The translations under genes and the position numbers were made by a program. From an uncultured Rhizobium sp. (GTDB lineage Bacteria > Bacteroidota > Bacteroidia > NS11-12g > UBA955), in assembly GCA_964592635.1 (NCBI GenBank), contig CAZQFZ010000004.1, forward strand, positions 1 through 52,986: a stretch of 52,986 bases of DNA, read 5' to 3'. Shown piece after piece: positions 45,123-52,986 of this stretch. Under the pieces are notes generated by a model. The model was not told where the DNA came from, ran no database searches, and saw nothing but the letters and a program-made list of their open reading frames with translations. The stretch's first letter is position 1. The number at the start of each line of letters is the position of its first letter.

Positions 45123-46058
45123 TCAAAAAAACTCAAGCAATTCCAAATCATTCAACTGTGGAAATGCACTCCTCAAATTCTCAATATTCAACTCCTCACC
45201 GACCAAACCATTAAAAAGTAATTCTCCACTATTCGTATAACTAAACTCTTTAACTACTCCATCAACTACATACATTTCGATTGAAATAGAACCAAGAGAT
45301 GTTAAAAAGGTACGTTGGTGTTTATACTTAGGATTATAACCAACAATCCATTTTTCGGTTTCAAATTTCTCTTTTTGTATGATCTCAATTTCCTCAATTT
45401 CTGCGTCTAAAAAACCCTGGAATTCCATTCCCCAAAGATGCTCAAACCCTTTTTTAAATTTCTCTAAAAAAAACTCTACTGTTCCCCAGTTTTTGTGATC
45501 TGCAATATTCGTAACCTCCGAACGATTGCTTGGCACGGATTTCCCTTCATACTGACCTTTTGATCGAATCGATGTGTTTAAGGAATTCAAATCTGAGTTA
45601 TACAATAAAGTTCCATGATGCAATAAACGCATCCCTTTTTGGTAAATATGTTGTGCATTTCCACTAATTTTCAACCCTTTAAGCAATAAATCATCTCTAT
45701 GACTATATGTTGTAGGAATATCCAAATCAAGCAGAACGCCTCTCACAGGTTCCAAAAATTGTTTGTAATTCACCGCTTTCTCTATACCCTCCTCCAAGTT
45801 TTTAATGAAAGTAAAATTGATATTTCCCAAATCATGAAAAACCGTACCACCTCCACTTAATCGACGTGCAATTTGCACTTCATTTTCATAACAAAATCTA
45901 AAATTGGCTTCCGCACAAACATTTTGATGCTTTCCGCAAACCACCGCTTTTTCACTCCGCCAAAGCATCATCACATTTTCATTGGAATTATGCAATAGAA
46001 AAGCCTCAGCAGCTAAATTAAAATATGGATTTAAACTATTAGAAATAATTAGTCTCAA
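45123..46058 (-). CDS. lplA: Lipoate--protein ligase A family protein
   Basis: [13 protein letters not shown] at the N-terminus, [15 protein letters not shown], and KISGNAQ (lipoyl-AMP binding Lys). The TTG start overlaps the lptB stop (TTGA). Confidence 0.85.
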   Translation of the reverse strand: MRLIISNSLNPYFNLAAEAFLLHNSNENVMMLWRSEKAVVCGKHQNVCAEANFRFCYENEVQIARRLSGGGTVFHDLGNINFTFIKNLEEGIEKAVNYKQFLEPVRGVLLDLDIPTTYSHRDDLLLKGLKISGNAQHIYQKGMRLLHHGTLLYNSDLNSLNTSIRSKGQYEGKSVPSNRSEVTNIADHKNWGTVEFFLEKFKKGFEHLWGMEFQGFLDAEIEEIEIIQKEKFETEKWIVGYNPKYKHQRTFLTSLGSISIEMYVVDGVVKEFSYTNSGELLFNGLVGEELNIENLRSAFPQLNDLELLEFF

Positions 46059-46804
46059 AACTTCAAACTTTCAGGTACCTTTCTGCGCAACACGAAGTTC
46101 TGTCCCAAATAAACTTTACGAACCATTTCATCTTCTGCCAATTCTTCTGCTGTGCCTTGTTTTAATAATTTTCCTTCGAAAAGCAAATACGCCCTATCAG
46201 TAATACTCAAAGTTTCTTGAACATTATGATCGGTAATCAAAATTCCAATATTTTTCTCCTTCAATTTTGAAACGATAGCTTGTATATCTTCAACAGCAAT
46301 AGGATCAACACCAGCAAATGGCTCATCTAACAAAATAAAACTGGGATCTGTAGCCAATGCCCGTGCTATCTCTGTTCTACGACGTTCTCCTCCACTTAAT
46401 ACTTTTCCTAGATTCTTGCGCACTCTTCCCAAGCCAAATTCCTCGATTAAACTCTCCAACCTCACTTTCTGTTCTTGGGGTGATAAATTGGTTATTTCCA
46501 ATATCGCTTTTATATTATCTTCTACGCTTAATTCTCTAAATACCGAGGCTTCTTGGGGAAGATAACCTAGCCCTTTCCTAGCACGACGGTACATAGGCAG
46601 CTGCGTAATATTCTCGTCATTCAGATAGATCTTTCCTGCATCCGGCTTCACTAATCCTACAAACATGTAAAACGTAGTGGTTTTACCCGCTCCATTAGGA
46701 CCTAATAGACCCACAATTTCACCAGTATTCACCTCAACTGAAACATCATTTACTACTCTTTTTGAGCCGTACTGCTTAATTAGATTTTGTGAACTTAAAC
46801 GCAT
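46055..46804 (-). CDS. lptB: LPS export ABC transporter ATP-binding protein
   Basis: [43 protein letters not shown], and the LptB-type C-terminal extension. About 250 aa. Confidence 0.9.
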   Translation of the reverse strand: MRLSSQNLIKQYGSKRVVNDVSVEVNTGEIVGLLGPNGAGKTTTFYMFVGLVKPDAGKIYLNDENITQLPMYRRARKGLGYLPQEASVFRELSVEDNIKAILEITNLSPQEQKVRLESLIEEFGLGRVRKNLGKVLSGGERRRTEIARALATDPSFILLDEPFAGVDPIAVEDIQAIVSKLKEKNIGILITDHNVQETLSITDRAYLLFEGKLLKQGTAEELAEDEMVRKVYLGQNFVLRRKVPESLKF

Positions 46805-47015
46805 GTAGATACCTTCGAAATTAACTATTTATAATCGTAATACAATAAAATATCCAATCCAACCCATAACAATGCTTACAACTCTTGTTAGAAATTTTCC
46901 TAAACTTTTTCTGTGAGCACCCCCCAACATACTTTAACAAATGATGCATAAAAATATCGATTCGAGTTTATTTCAATTCTGTTAGAGTTTATTTTGAATG
47001 ACAACATAATCGTTG

Positions 47016-47023
47016 TATCTTTG
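47016..47023 (+). promoter_or_regulatory. Promoter of the SRP RNA gene (-7 TATCTTTG, with -33 TTTG at 46993-46996)
   Basis: Both consensus elements are present, with 19 bp between them. The RNA helix starts about 5 nt downstream. Confidence 0.6.
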
Positions 47024-47027
47024 CGGT

Positions 47028-47112
47028 AGGGCGATACGGCCAGCTCCCTGTGAACTCCCCCAGGTCCGGAAGGAAGCAAGGGTATCAGGTTGTAGCGGCG
47101 CGATATCGCCTT
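47028..47112 (+). ncRNA. ffs: Signal recognition particle RNA (small 4.5S type)
   Basis: Contains the universally conserved domain IV string CCAGGUCCGGAAGGAAGCA (about 47059-47079). Closing helix GGCGAUA (47030-47036) pairs with UAUCGCC (47104-47110), with inner pairs CCCUG/CAGG. It is followed by T9. The ends are approximate. Confidence 0.85.
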
Positions 47113-47288
47113 TTTTTTTCTAATCGAAGGGCACCACAATTCGTAAAATCAGAACTATTTACTTCAACATTGCATTTAAAAGTTCTTTTTAACTAGAATT
47201 TAGATTACAATCTATCCCAAACAAAGTTTATAACGTTAACAAACGTTCACCTATTTCTAAAGAAAACTCCAAATAAATAAAAGCAAGA

Positions 47289-48251
47289 CTAAAGCCAAGT
47301 ATCAATGATATCTCTAGTCTTCACTCCCTCGGCTTCTGCTTTGAAATTCAATACGATACGATGTCCTAACACCCAATGCGAAACAGATTTTACATCCTCA
47401 ATATCTACAGAAAATTTCCCATGCATTAGTGCATGACATTTTGCACCATTTATCAGGTTTTGACCTGCTCTAGGTCCAGCACCATATGCTAAATACTGGT
47501 TACTTGAAGTGTGTGCACCATTCGTATTTGGGCGACTTTTTTGAACCAATTTAACAACATATTCAAAAACGGCTTCCGTTACTGGAACCTCCTTAACCAA
47601 TTTTTGATATTGCAGTATCTCAATGGCATTCAATATTGGTTTAACCGATACTATGCTCGGTTGAGTGGTTTGTTTTAATACTTGAACCTCTTGCTCAAAG
47701 CTCGGATAATCTAAATTAACCTGATACATAAAACGGTCTAGTTGAGCCTCCGGAAGTGGATATGTTCCTTCTTGTTCAATTGGATTTTGAGTAGCCAATA
47801 CAAAAAAAGGTTCAGGAAGGTGGTAAATTTTACCTGCAGCGGTTACTTGACGTTCTTGCATTGCTTCTAGCAGCGCACTTTGTGTTTTTGGAGGAGTTCT
47901 ATTTATCTCATCTGCCAAAAGCAAATTGGTAAAAATAGGCCCTTTTAGGAATCGAAATTGACGTTGTTCATCCAATATTTCAGAGCCAACAATATCACTT
48001 GGCATCAAATCGGGAGTAAACTGTACTCGATTAAACTCCAAATCCAATACCGTTGAAATCGTTTTTACTAACAACGTTTTTGCCAATCCTGGTACACCTA
48101 CCATCAGTACATGACCATGACAAAATAGCGCATTAATTAATGCTTCCACGGTTTGTTCCTGTCCAACAATCACTTTGGAAACCTCAGATTTTAGATCAGA
48201 AATTTTACCTTCAAAACTGCGAGCCAAGTCAACTGAGTTCATATTATTCAT
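47289..48251 (-). CDS. MoxR-family AAA+ ATPase
   Basis: VIVGQEQTVEALINALFCHGHVLMVGVPGLAKT (Walker A), RVQFTPDLMPSDIVG, LLADEINR (Walker B), and ATQNPIEQEGTYPLPEAQLDRF. Candidate starts are ATG 48251, which overlaps the upstream stop within ATGAATAA, or ATG 48242. Confidence 0.9.
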   Translation of the reverse strand: MNNMNSVDLARSFEGKISDLKSEVSKVIVGQEQTVEALINALFCHGHVLMVGVPGLAKTLLVKTISTVLDLEFNRVQFTPDLMPSDIVGSEILDEQRQFRFLKGPIFTNLLLADEINRTPPKTQSALLEAMQERQVTAAGKIYHLPEPFFVLATQNPIEQEGTYPLPEAQLDRFMYQVNLDYPSFEQEVQVLKQTTQPSIVSVKPILNAIEILQYQKLVKEVPVTEAVFEYVVKLVQKSRPNTNGAHTSSNQYLAYGAGPRAGQNLINGAKCHALMHGKFSVDIEDVKSVSHWVLGHRIVLNFKAEAEGVKTRDIIDTWL

Positions 48252-49641
48252 TCTCCCATTTTGATAATTCACTACAAGCAGCCTCCCGAGCATAAATTTT
48301 AATATAAGTACGCTTCCGATGCTTTTCTACCCATTTGTCAATAGTCTGTTGCTTTTTCTCCGACTCAGCCTCCATTTGAATACGACTATAATCTTGAATC
48401 AAATTAGCCTGATGCGGTGCAATAAACGTTTTTAAATACAAAATACGGTACATGATTCTTCCATCTGGAGTTTGAGTCACCGCGGGTTTAGAAAATTCAC
48501 CCGGTTTAAGTTTTTCTACTATTTGCTTTACATCCGTTGGCAATGATTCAAACAAGGTTTTTTGCATTCCTGTTGACTCATCAGTTAAAAATCCACAATA
48601 ACCTTGGTTTCCCATTTTTTCTGAAGAGAATTTCTTCACTGCCGTACACCAATCTAAATTCCCTGATGACAATAAATCATAAATTGAATCTGCTCGATTT
48701 GAAGCAATTAAGTAATCATCTGAAGTATTTTCTGGACGGATCAAAATATGTGAAGCTATAACTCTTTCGCCTTTTCTCTTGATGAGTTTCATCAAATGAT
48801 ATCCGAAATCCGATTTAAACACTGGACTCAAACTATCCACTTTCAATTTAAAAGCCATTCTTTCGAATTGCGAAACCATCTCGCCTCTACCAAACTCAGG
48901 CAATAAGCCACCTTGATTCTTAGATCCAGGGTCCATCGAATACAATCGAGCTAACTTTTCAAATGATTCTCCCTTCTGAATTCGTTTTTTTAATTGTTCT
49001 AACTGCTCCACAGCAAAATCAGTAGATATTTGTGAAATAGGCAATTCTATAAGCAATTGACCTACCTCTACCTCTGTTGGAATAATTGGTAAACTATCCT
49101 CAGGAATGCGCTTATAAAACTCCTGTACTTCCTTTGGACTTATTCGAATATTACCTGTTATTTTTTGCTGCATTTCTTGCGAAAGCAATTGCTCGCGCAT
49201 CTTCGGACGAATTTCTTCTTTAAACTCTTGAATGGTTTTACCTAAATACTTTTCTAAATCTGATAAACTTCCAGCCTGACGTTGGAAATTTCGTATGCGA
49301 TTATCAATTTCTGCCTCCACTCTATCGTCGGCAATCGGTAAACTATCGATTTCCGCTTGACTCAACATCAGTTTACGAATAATCAATTGCTCAAGCACAT
49401 AACAGAAAATTCTTTGACTATCTTGTAATACTTGCCCTCTCGCAAGCTGAACCTTTTCAGTTTCAAAATCACTGCTTAATATAATTTTTTCCCCAACAAC
49501 AGCCAGTATTCCATCCACAAACTTGGGTGGAAGCGCAGGACCTTGTTGACCCTTGACATTCATCGGTTTCAATATCACTGTTGTTAAAAGTACAACTGAT
49601 AATACAACTATGATACTGTTTTTAAATGATTTAAACTGCAT
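48244..49641 (-). CDS. Periplasmic peptidyl-prolyl isomerase/chaperone, SurA-like (one parvulin domain)
   Basis: Signal peptide. SurA-N-like helical region. Parvulin signature ASHILIRP...F..D.GY.. Confidence 0.8.
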   Translation of the reverse strand: MQFKSFKNSIIVVLSVVLLTTVILKPMNVKGQQGPALPPKFVDGILAVVGEKIILSSDFETEKVQLARGQVLQDSQRIFCYVLEQLIIRKLMLSQAEIDSLPIADDRVEAEIDNRIRNFQRQAGSLSDLEKYLGKTIQEFKEEIRPKMREQLLSQEMQQKITGNIRISPKEVQEFYKRIPEDSLPIIPTEVEVGQLLIELPISQISTDFAVEQLEQLKKRIQKGESFEKLARLYSMDPGSKNQGGLLPEFGRGEMVSQFERMAFKLKVDSLSPVFKSDFGYHLMKLIKRKGERVIASHILIRPENTSDDYLIASNRADSIYDLLSSGNLDWCTAVKKFSSEKMGNQGYCGFLTDESTGMQKTLFESLPTDVKQIVEKLKPGEFSKPAVTQTPDGRIMYRILYLKTFIAPHQANLIQDYSRIQMEAESEKKQQTIDKWVEKHRKRTYIKIYAREAACSELSKWENE

Positions 49642-49652
49642 TAATTTACTTA

Positions 49653-51827
49653 TTAACGGGTAATTAATTTCCCTTTTACTGATTGTATTGCATGTGAGTT
49701 GGATTCAACAGTAAACTTCGATTCCAATTCTTGAATCCATTGTTTCTCCAATTCCTCCTGATATTTGGAAGCAACAGGACCTCTAGTTTCTTCCAATGTT
49801 TTTGGTCCTGTTGGCAAAAATTCAATCACTTTAACCACTACCCAATCTTCACCTATTTTACCCAAATTGTATGTCTTATTTTTAGATTTCTTCATTTTAT
49901 CATTAGAAAAAACTCGAATAAGTGCCTGACGCTGTGGGAATAAAGCAGTATCTGAAAGTTGGTATTTACCAATTCTATAATTAAAATCCAATAATGCTTT
50001 TTGAGTATGTTCTTTCTTGATTTCTTCTGGGGATATCCCTTTCTTAACTTGCTTGAATACTCTCTTATTCATTTTATCATCAACACTAAAATAGAATTCA
50101 ACATGGAATCGATTTTCCCATTGATAATCTGCAATATGCTCTTTGAAATATTTCTCTAGTCCCACTGAATCCATATTAGCCTTATTCCATACTTTTTCTT
50201 GCATTCTGTTAAACATCAAAATACCCTCTCTATATTCCTGGTAAATATCTCGAAACTCAATTGATTTATCTTCCAAATGTTCGTTTTGATAGGATACACA
50301 TACATTACTTACCCAATCGTTGAATTGATTATCTAAGTATTCGTCAGCGCTGGTTGTCATAACCTTCTTGTTTGCAATTAAATGCGAAATAAACTCATCT
50401 ACTGAATGATCTTCTCCTCCCAACTGAATCAATACCATATCCCTCATTTTGAACTTTCTTTTACCTAAACTTATTTCTTCCGGTAAGTTGTCATAGTTTA
50501 CTGTTCCACCTGAAAACGAAGAGTCCTTCATCAGCAATCCAACAATGGGAACCTTCACCGACTGATATACATTTATACCATCTATAGAATTAACTTTAAA
50601 ACCATCTTCAATTTTGATTCGTTTTACTAAAGCATCAACAGAGATTTGAGAACGTTGATTTTGCTGCACTTTGGTTTTCAAAGTTGGTTTCATTTGATCA
50701 AAAGAATTCAATGGGCGCACTCCTACACGTTGAAGTATATGCCAACCATAGTTTGTTTTGAACACTTCGGTATAATCACCGTCTTGCTTTAATTCAAATG
50801 CTTTACCCACCCACATTTGTCGTTCTAAATCACCAATAAACTGAGTTGTATTTACCCAATCAACAATTCCTCCATTGTACTTACTACTGTAATCCTCACT
50901 ATGAAGCCTTGCCAAATTTTCAAACGTCTCTTGACCTGATTTAATCTTTTCGAAGATTTCACGGATCATTTTTTCGCCTTCTTCTACCGAATGATTGGAG
51001 TTTGCTCCCGTACGAACTAATATATGCCTAAGTTTAATGTCGCCTGGATTAGGTCTTTTATCCTCAACTCTTAATATATGAAATCCAAAATCCGTTCTAA
51101 ACACTTTGGATATTCCACCAACGGCGGTATTATACACCTCATTTTCGAATTCATACACCACTTGCAGCGCTGTTAAATATCCTAAATTTCCGCCACTATT
51201 CTTGGTGCCTGGATCTTCCGAATCAGAAGCAGCCAAAGAAGCAAAATTATCTTTCGAAGGATTTCTCATCAAAGCAGCATGTATTTCATTCATTCGTTTT
51301 ATTACTTTATCCACCTGTGATTGAGATGCATTTCTTGGACAAGCCATAAGAATATGAGAAACTTTTACCTCACTTTTCATTCTTTCATAGGCCTCTTCAA
51401 TGAGTTGCTGTGTAACATTGCGGTCATACAAATAATTTTTTGCTAACTGATCGCGATACATCGCCAATTCTTGTTTATACTCTTCAATTGTATCCTTTCC
51501 CGATTCAATCGCATCCTGAATTTTCATCTTGAATCGGATATATAACTTCAAGTATTCATCGATATCTTTTTCACTAACTGGCTTCTCCTTTAAATTTAAA
51601 TTCTTAAGAAATTGACGCTCGAATTCTCCTTGACTTACTATGATCGGATTACTTGAACTCTTTGAGTTGATTTTAAAAATCCAATCATTATTCGCGTTTA
51701 CCTCAGTGTTAGAAGGCAAATTCACTTGATTCTCTGTTACTCTCTGATTTTGTGCACTTAATTGTTGAGTAGATAGTAAATTAACTACCGCAAAAAACAT
51801 TAATAAAACATATATCGATTTCTTCAT
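49653..51827 (-). CDS. Large peptidyl-prolyl isomerase/chaperone, PpiD/SurA-like (two parvulin domains)
   Basis: Signal peptide MKKSIYVLLMFFAVVNLLS. The two rotamase cores are VSHILMACP...GGNLGY...FGFHILRV and LRHILVRTG...GGIVDW...YGWHILQ. Confidence 0.8.
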   Translation of the reverse strand: MKKSIYVLLMFFAVVNLLSTQQLSAQNQRVTENQVNLPSNTEVNANNDWIFKINSKSSSNPIIVSQGEFERQFLKNLNLKEKPVSEKDIDEYLKLYIRFKMKIQDAIESGKDTIEEYKQELAMYRDQLAKNYLYDRNVTQQLIEEAYERMKSEVKVSHILMACPRNASQSQVDKVIKRMNEIHAALMRNPSKDNFASLAASDSEDPGTKNSGGNLGYLTALQVVYEFENEVYNTAVGGISKVFRTDFGFHILRVEDKRPNPGDIKLRHILVRTGANSNHSVEEGEKMIREIFEKIKSGQETFENLARLHSEDYSSKYNGGIVDWVNTTQFIGDLERQMWVGKAFELKQDGDYTEVFKTNYGWHILQRVGVRPLNSFDQMKPTLKTKVQQNQRSQISVDALVKRIKIEDGFKVNSIDGINVYQSVKVPIVGLLMKDSSFSGGTVNYDNLPEEISLGKRKFKMRDMVLIQLGGEDHSVDEFISHLIANKKVMTTSADEYLDNQFNDWVSNVCVSYQNEHLEDKSIEFRDIYQEYREGILMFNRMQEKVWNKANMDSVGLEKYFKEHIADYQWENRFHVEFYFSVDDKMNKRVFKQVKKGISPEEIKKEHTQKALLDFNYRIGKYQLSDTALFPQRQALIRVFSNDKMKKSKNKTYNLGKIGEDWVVVKVIEFLPTGPKTLEETRGPVASKYQEELEKQWIQELESKFTVESNSHAIQSVKGKLITR

Positions 51828-51994
51828 ATTTAAATATTTATTGACTACTTCGTAGAATCTATTTTATTCCAAATTACTATAGCATGAACCCAAACTATTT
51901 TTGCATTTGCCAATAGAAACATGCTTTTTACATTTGGCTATTTAGCAAAAATAAAGAATCTGAATTATAACTTCTTACTTCTAACCTTACTTGC

Positions 51995-52986
51995 TTATTT
52001 ATAACGTTGAATAGCAGTCCATAAAACATCCTTTAACTCCACCAATCCTTGTTGAGTTACACTACTAAAAAAATGAAGTTCTATTCCTGGCATTTCACGC
52101 TTGATTTCTTCCTTTAATTCATCATCTAATAGCTCAGATTTGCTGATTCCCACAATTTTATCTTTTAAAATCAACTCTTTGTTAAAAGCTTCTAATTCAT
52201 TCACCAAAGTTTTATACTCAGCCAGATGATCCTTACTATCAGCCGGTATTAAAATTAGTAAAACCGCATTTCGTTCAATGTGCTTAAGAAATCGATGACC
52301 TAATCCCTTACCTTCATGAGCTCCTTCAATAATTCCAGGAATATCTGCCATTACAAAACTCTTGAAGTCGCGATATCCAACCACCCCCAAATTAGGAACT
52401 AATGTTGTGAATGGATAATCTGCAATTTCTGGCTTCGCTGCACTTACTACACTTAATAATGTACTTTTTCCAGCATTTGGAAATCCAACCAATCCAACAT
52501 CCGCCAAAACCTTCAATTCCAAAATAATCCACTGCTCTATACCAGGTATTCCGGGTTGTGCATACTGCGGTGCCTGATTTGTAGAAGTGGCGAAATGCGC
52601 ATTCCCTAAGCCCCCTCTGCCTCCTGGCACTAAAACCCTTTTCTCCCCTTCTTCCGTAATTTCAAACATGAACTCGCCCGATTCGGCATCACGAGCCACT
52701 GTCCCCAAAGGAACATCTAAAATTACACTATCACCGTATTTTCCCGAACTAAAACTCTCTCCCCCAGGCTGTCCATCACCTGCCATAATGTGCTTCCGAT
52801 ATTTCAAATGCAACAACGTCCACATATGGCTATTACCCCGCAATATAATATCCCCACCTTTGCCTCCATCACCACCATCTGGCCCACCTTTAGGACTCAT
52901 TTTGCTGCGGTGATAATGTCGACTTCCAGCCCCTCCATTACCACTTCGACAACAAATTTTTACATAATCAATGAAATTACTTTCTG
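51995..52986 (-). CDS. obg: GTPase Obg/CgtA (N-terminus runs a few codons beyond the right edge)
   Basis: The frame stays open upstream of the ORF-track Met, reading ..[48 protein letters not shown] (the Obg-fold glycine-rich N-domain). G1 is [10 protein letters not shown]3 is DIPG, and G4 is ISKSE. Confidence 0.95.
   Translation of the reverse strand, partial: ESNFIDYVKICCRSGNGGAGSRHYHRSKMSPKGGPDGGDGGKGGDIILRGNSHMWTLLHLKYRKHIMAGDGQPGGESFSSGKYGDSVILDVPLGTVARDAESGEFMFEITEEGEKRVLVPGGRGGLGNAHFATSTNQAPQYAQPGIPGIEQWIILELKVLADVGLVGFPNAGKSTLLSVVSAAKPEIADYPFTTLVPNLGVVGYRDFKSFVMADIPGIIEGAHEGKGLGHRFLKHIERNAVLLILIPADSKDHLAEYKTLVNELEAFNKELILKDKIVGISKSELLDDELKEEIKREMPGIELHFFSSVTQQGLVELKDVLWTAIQRYK

Noticed and set aside
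46964-46994. A short direct repeat, GAGTTTATTT (period 21), upstream of the SRP RNA promoter.
   Set aside because: There are only two 10-nt AT-rich copies, which is within chance expectation for this composition. The second copy overlaps the -33 TTTG element.
46900-47139. A 79-aa minus-strand ORF.
   Set aside because: It overlaps the SRP RNA gene and its promoter on the opposite strand. The conserved SRP domain IV sequence explains the region.
1-52986. A search for mobile elements, prophage genes, defence systems (restriction-modification, toxin-antitoxin, retron, CBASS-like systems), rRNA and tRNA.
   Set aside because: No transposase, integrase, recombinase, reverse transcriptase, nuclease-ATPase pairs or tRNA-like structures were recognised. 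The only methyltransferase looks like a tRNA m6A enzyme and has no adjacent nuclease.

Overview
The window is a low-GC (roughly 35-40% by eye) chromosomal segment that looks like Bacteroidota, probably a Flavobacteriia- or Cytophagia-like lineage. Three things support this. There are two giant surface proteins ending in the T9SS type-B (gliding-motility, CHU_C-type) C-terminal sorting domain. TAnnTTTG -7 promoter boxes are recurrent. Shine-Dalgarno sequences are absent. Most of the window is densely packed housekeeping genes: recQ (partial), kpsF, manC, proS, class II B12-dependent ribonucleotide reductase, ispB, a BCCP-like protein, miaB, an SDR-type tdh, fabD, an acyl-CoA carboxyltransferase, a DEAD-box helicase, nth, lplA, lptB, obg (partial), two Uup-like ABC-F ATPases and a PpiD/SurA/MoxR operon. 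I saw no transposase, integrase, phage gene, CRISPR array, rRNA or tRNA. One RNA gene is missing from the ORF track: a 4.5S/SRP RNA at about 47028-47112 (+), with a near-consensus promoter and a T-run. The points most worth a second look are: (1) three near-perfect 39-bp tandem repeats plus a degenerate flanking copy, upstream of the 1757-aa T9SS adhesin gene; (2) a FecR-type anti-sigma gene split into two abutting ORFs, with no ECF sigma factor or TonB-dependent receptor nearby, followed by a beta-propeller T9SS cargo gene; (3) an archaeal-type GGGP-synthase homologue translationally coupled to an uncharacterised membrane protein; (4) a promoter-hairpin-terminator leader directly in front of an EamA transporter; (5) a MoxR AAA+ ATPase with no DUF58 or VWA partner, coupled to two periplasmic PPIase chaperones; (6) a perfect 12+2+12 palindrome between fabD and yceI; (7) a DEAD-box helicase with a repetitive RG/S-rich tail of about 215 aa. 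I found no clear, self-contained novel multi-gene system such as a defence island. All functional calls rest on motif recognition by eye, and no database search was run.
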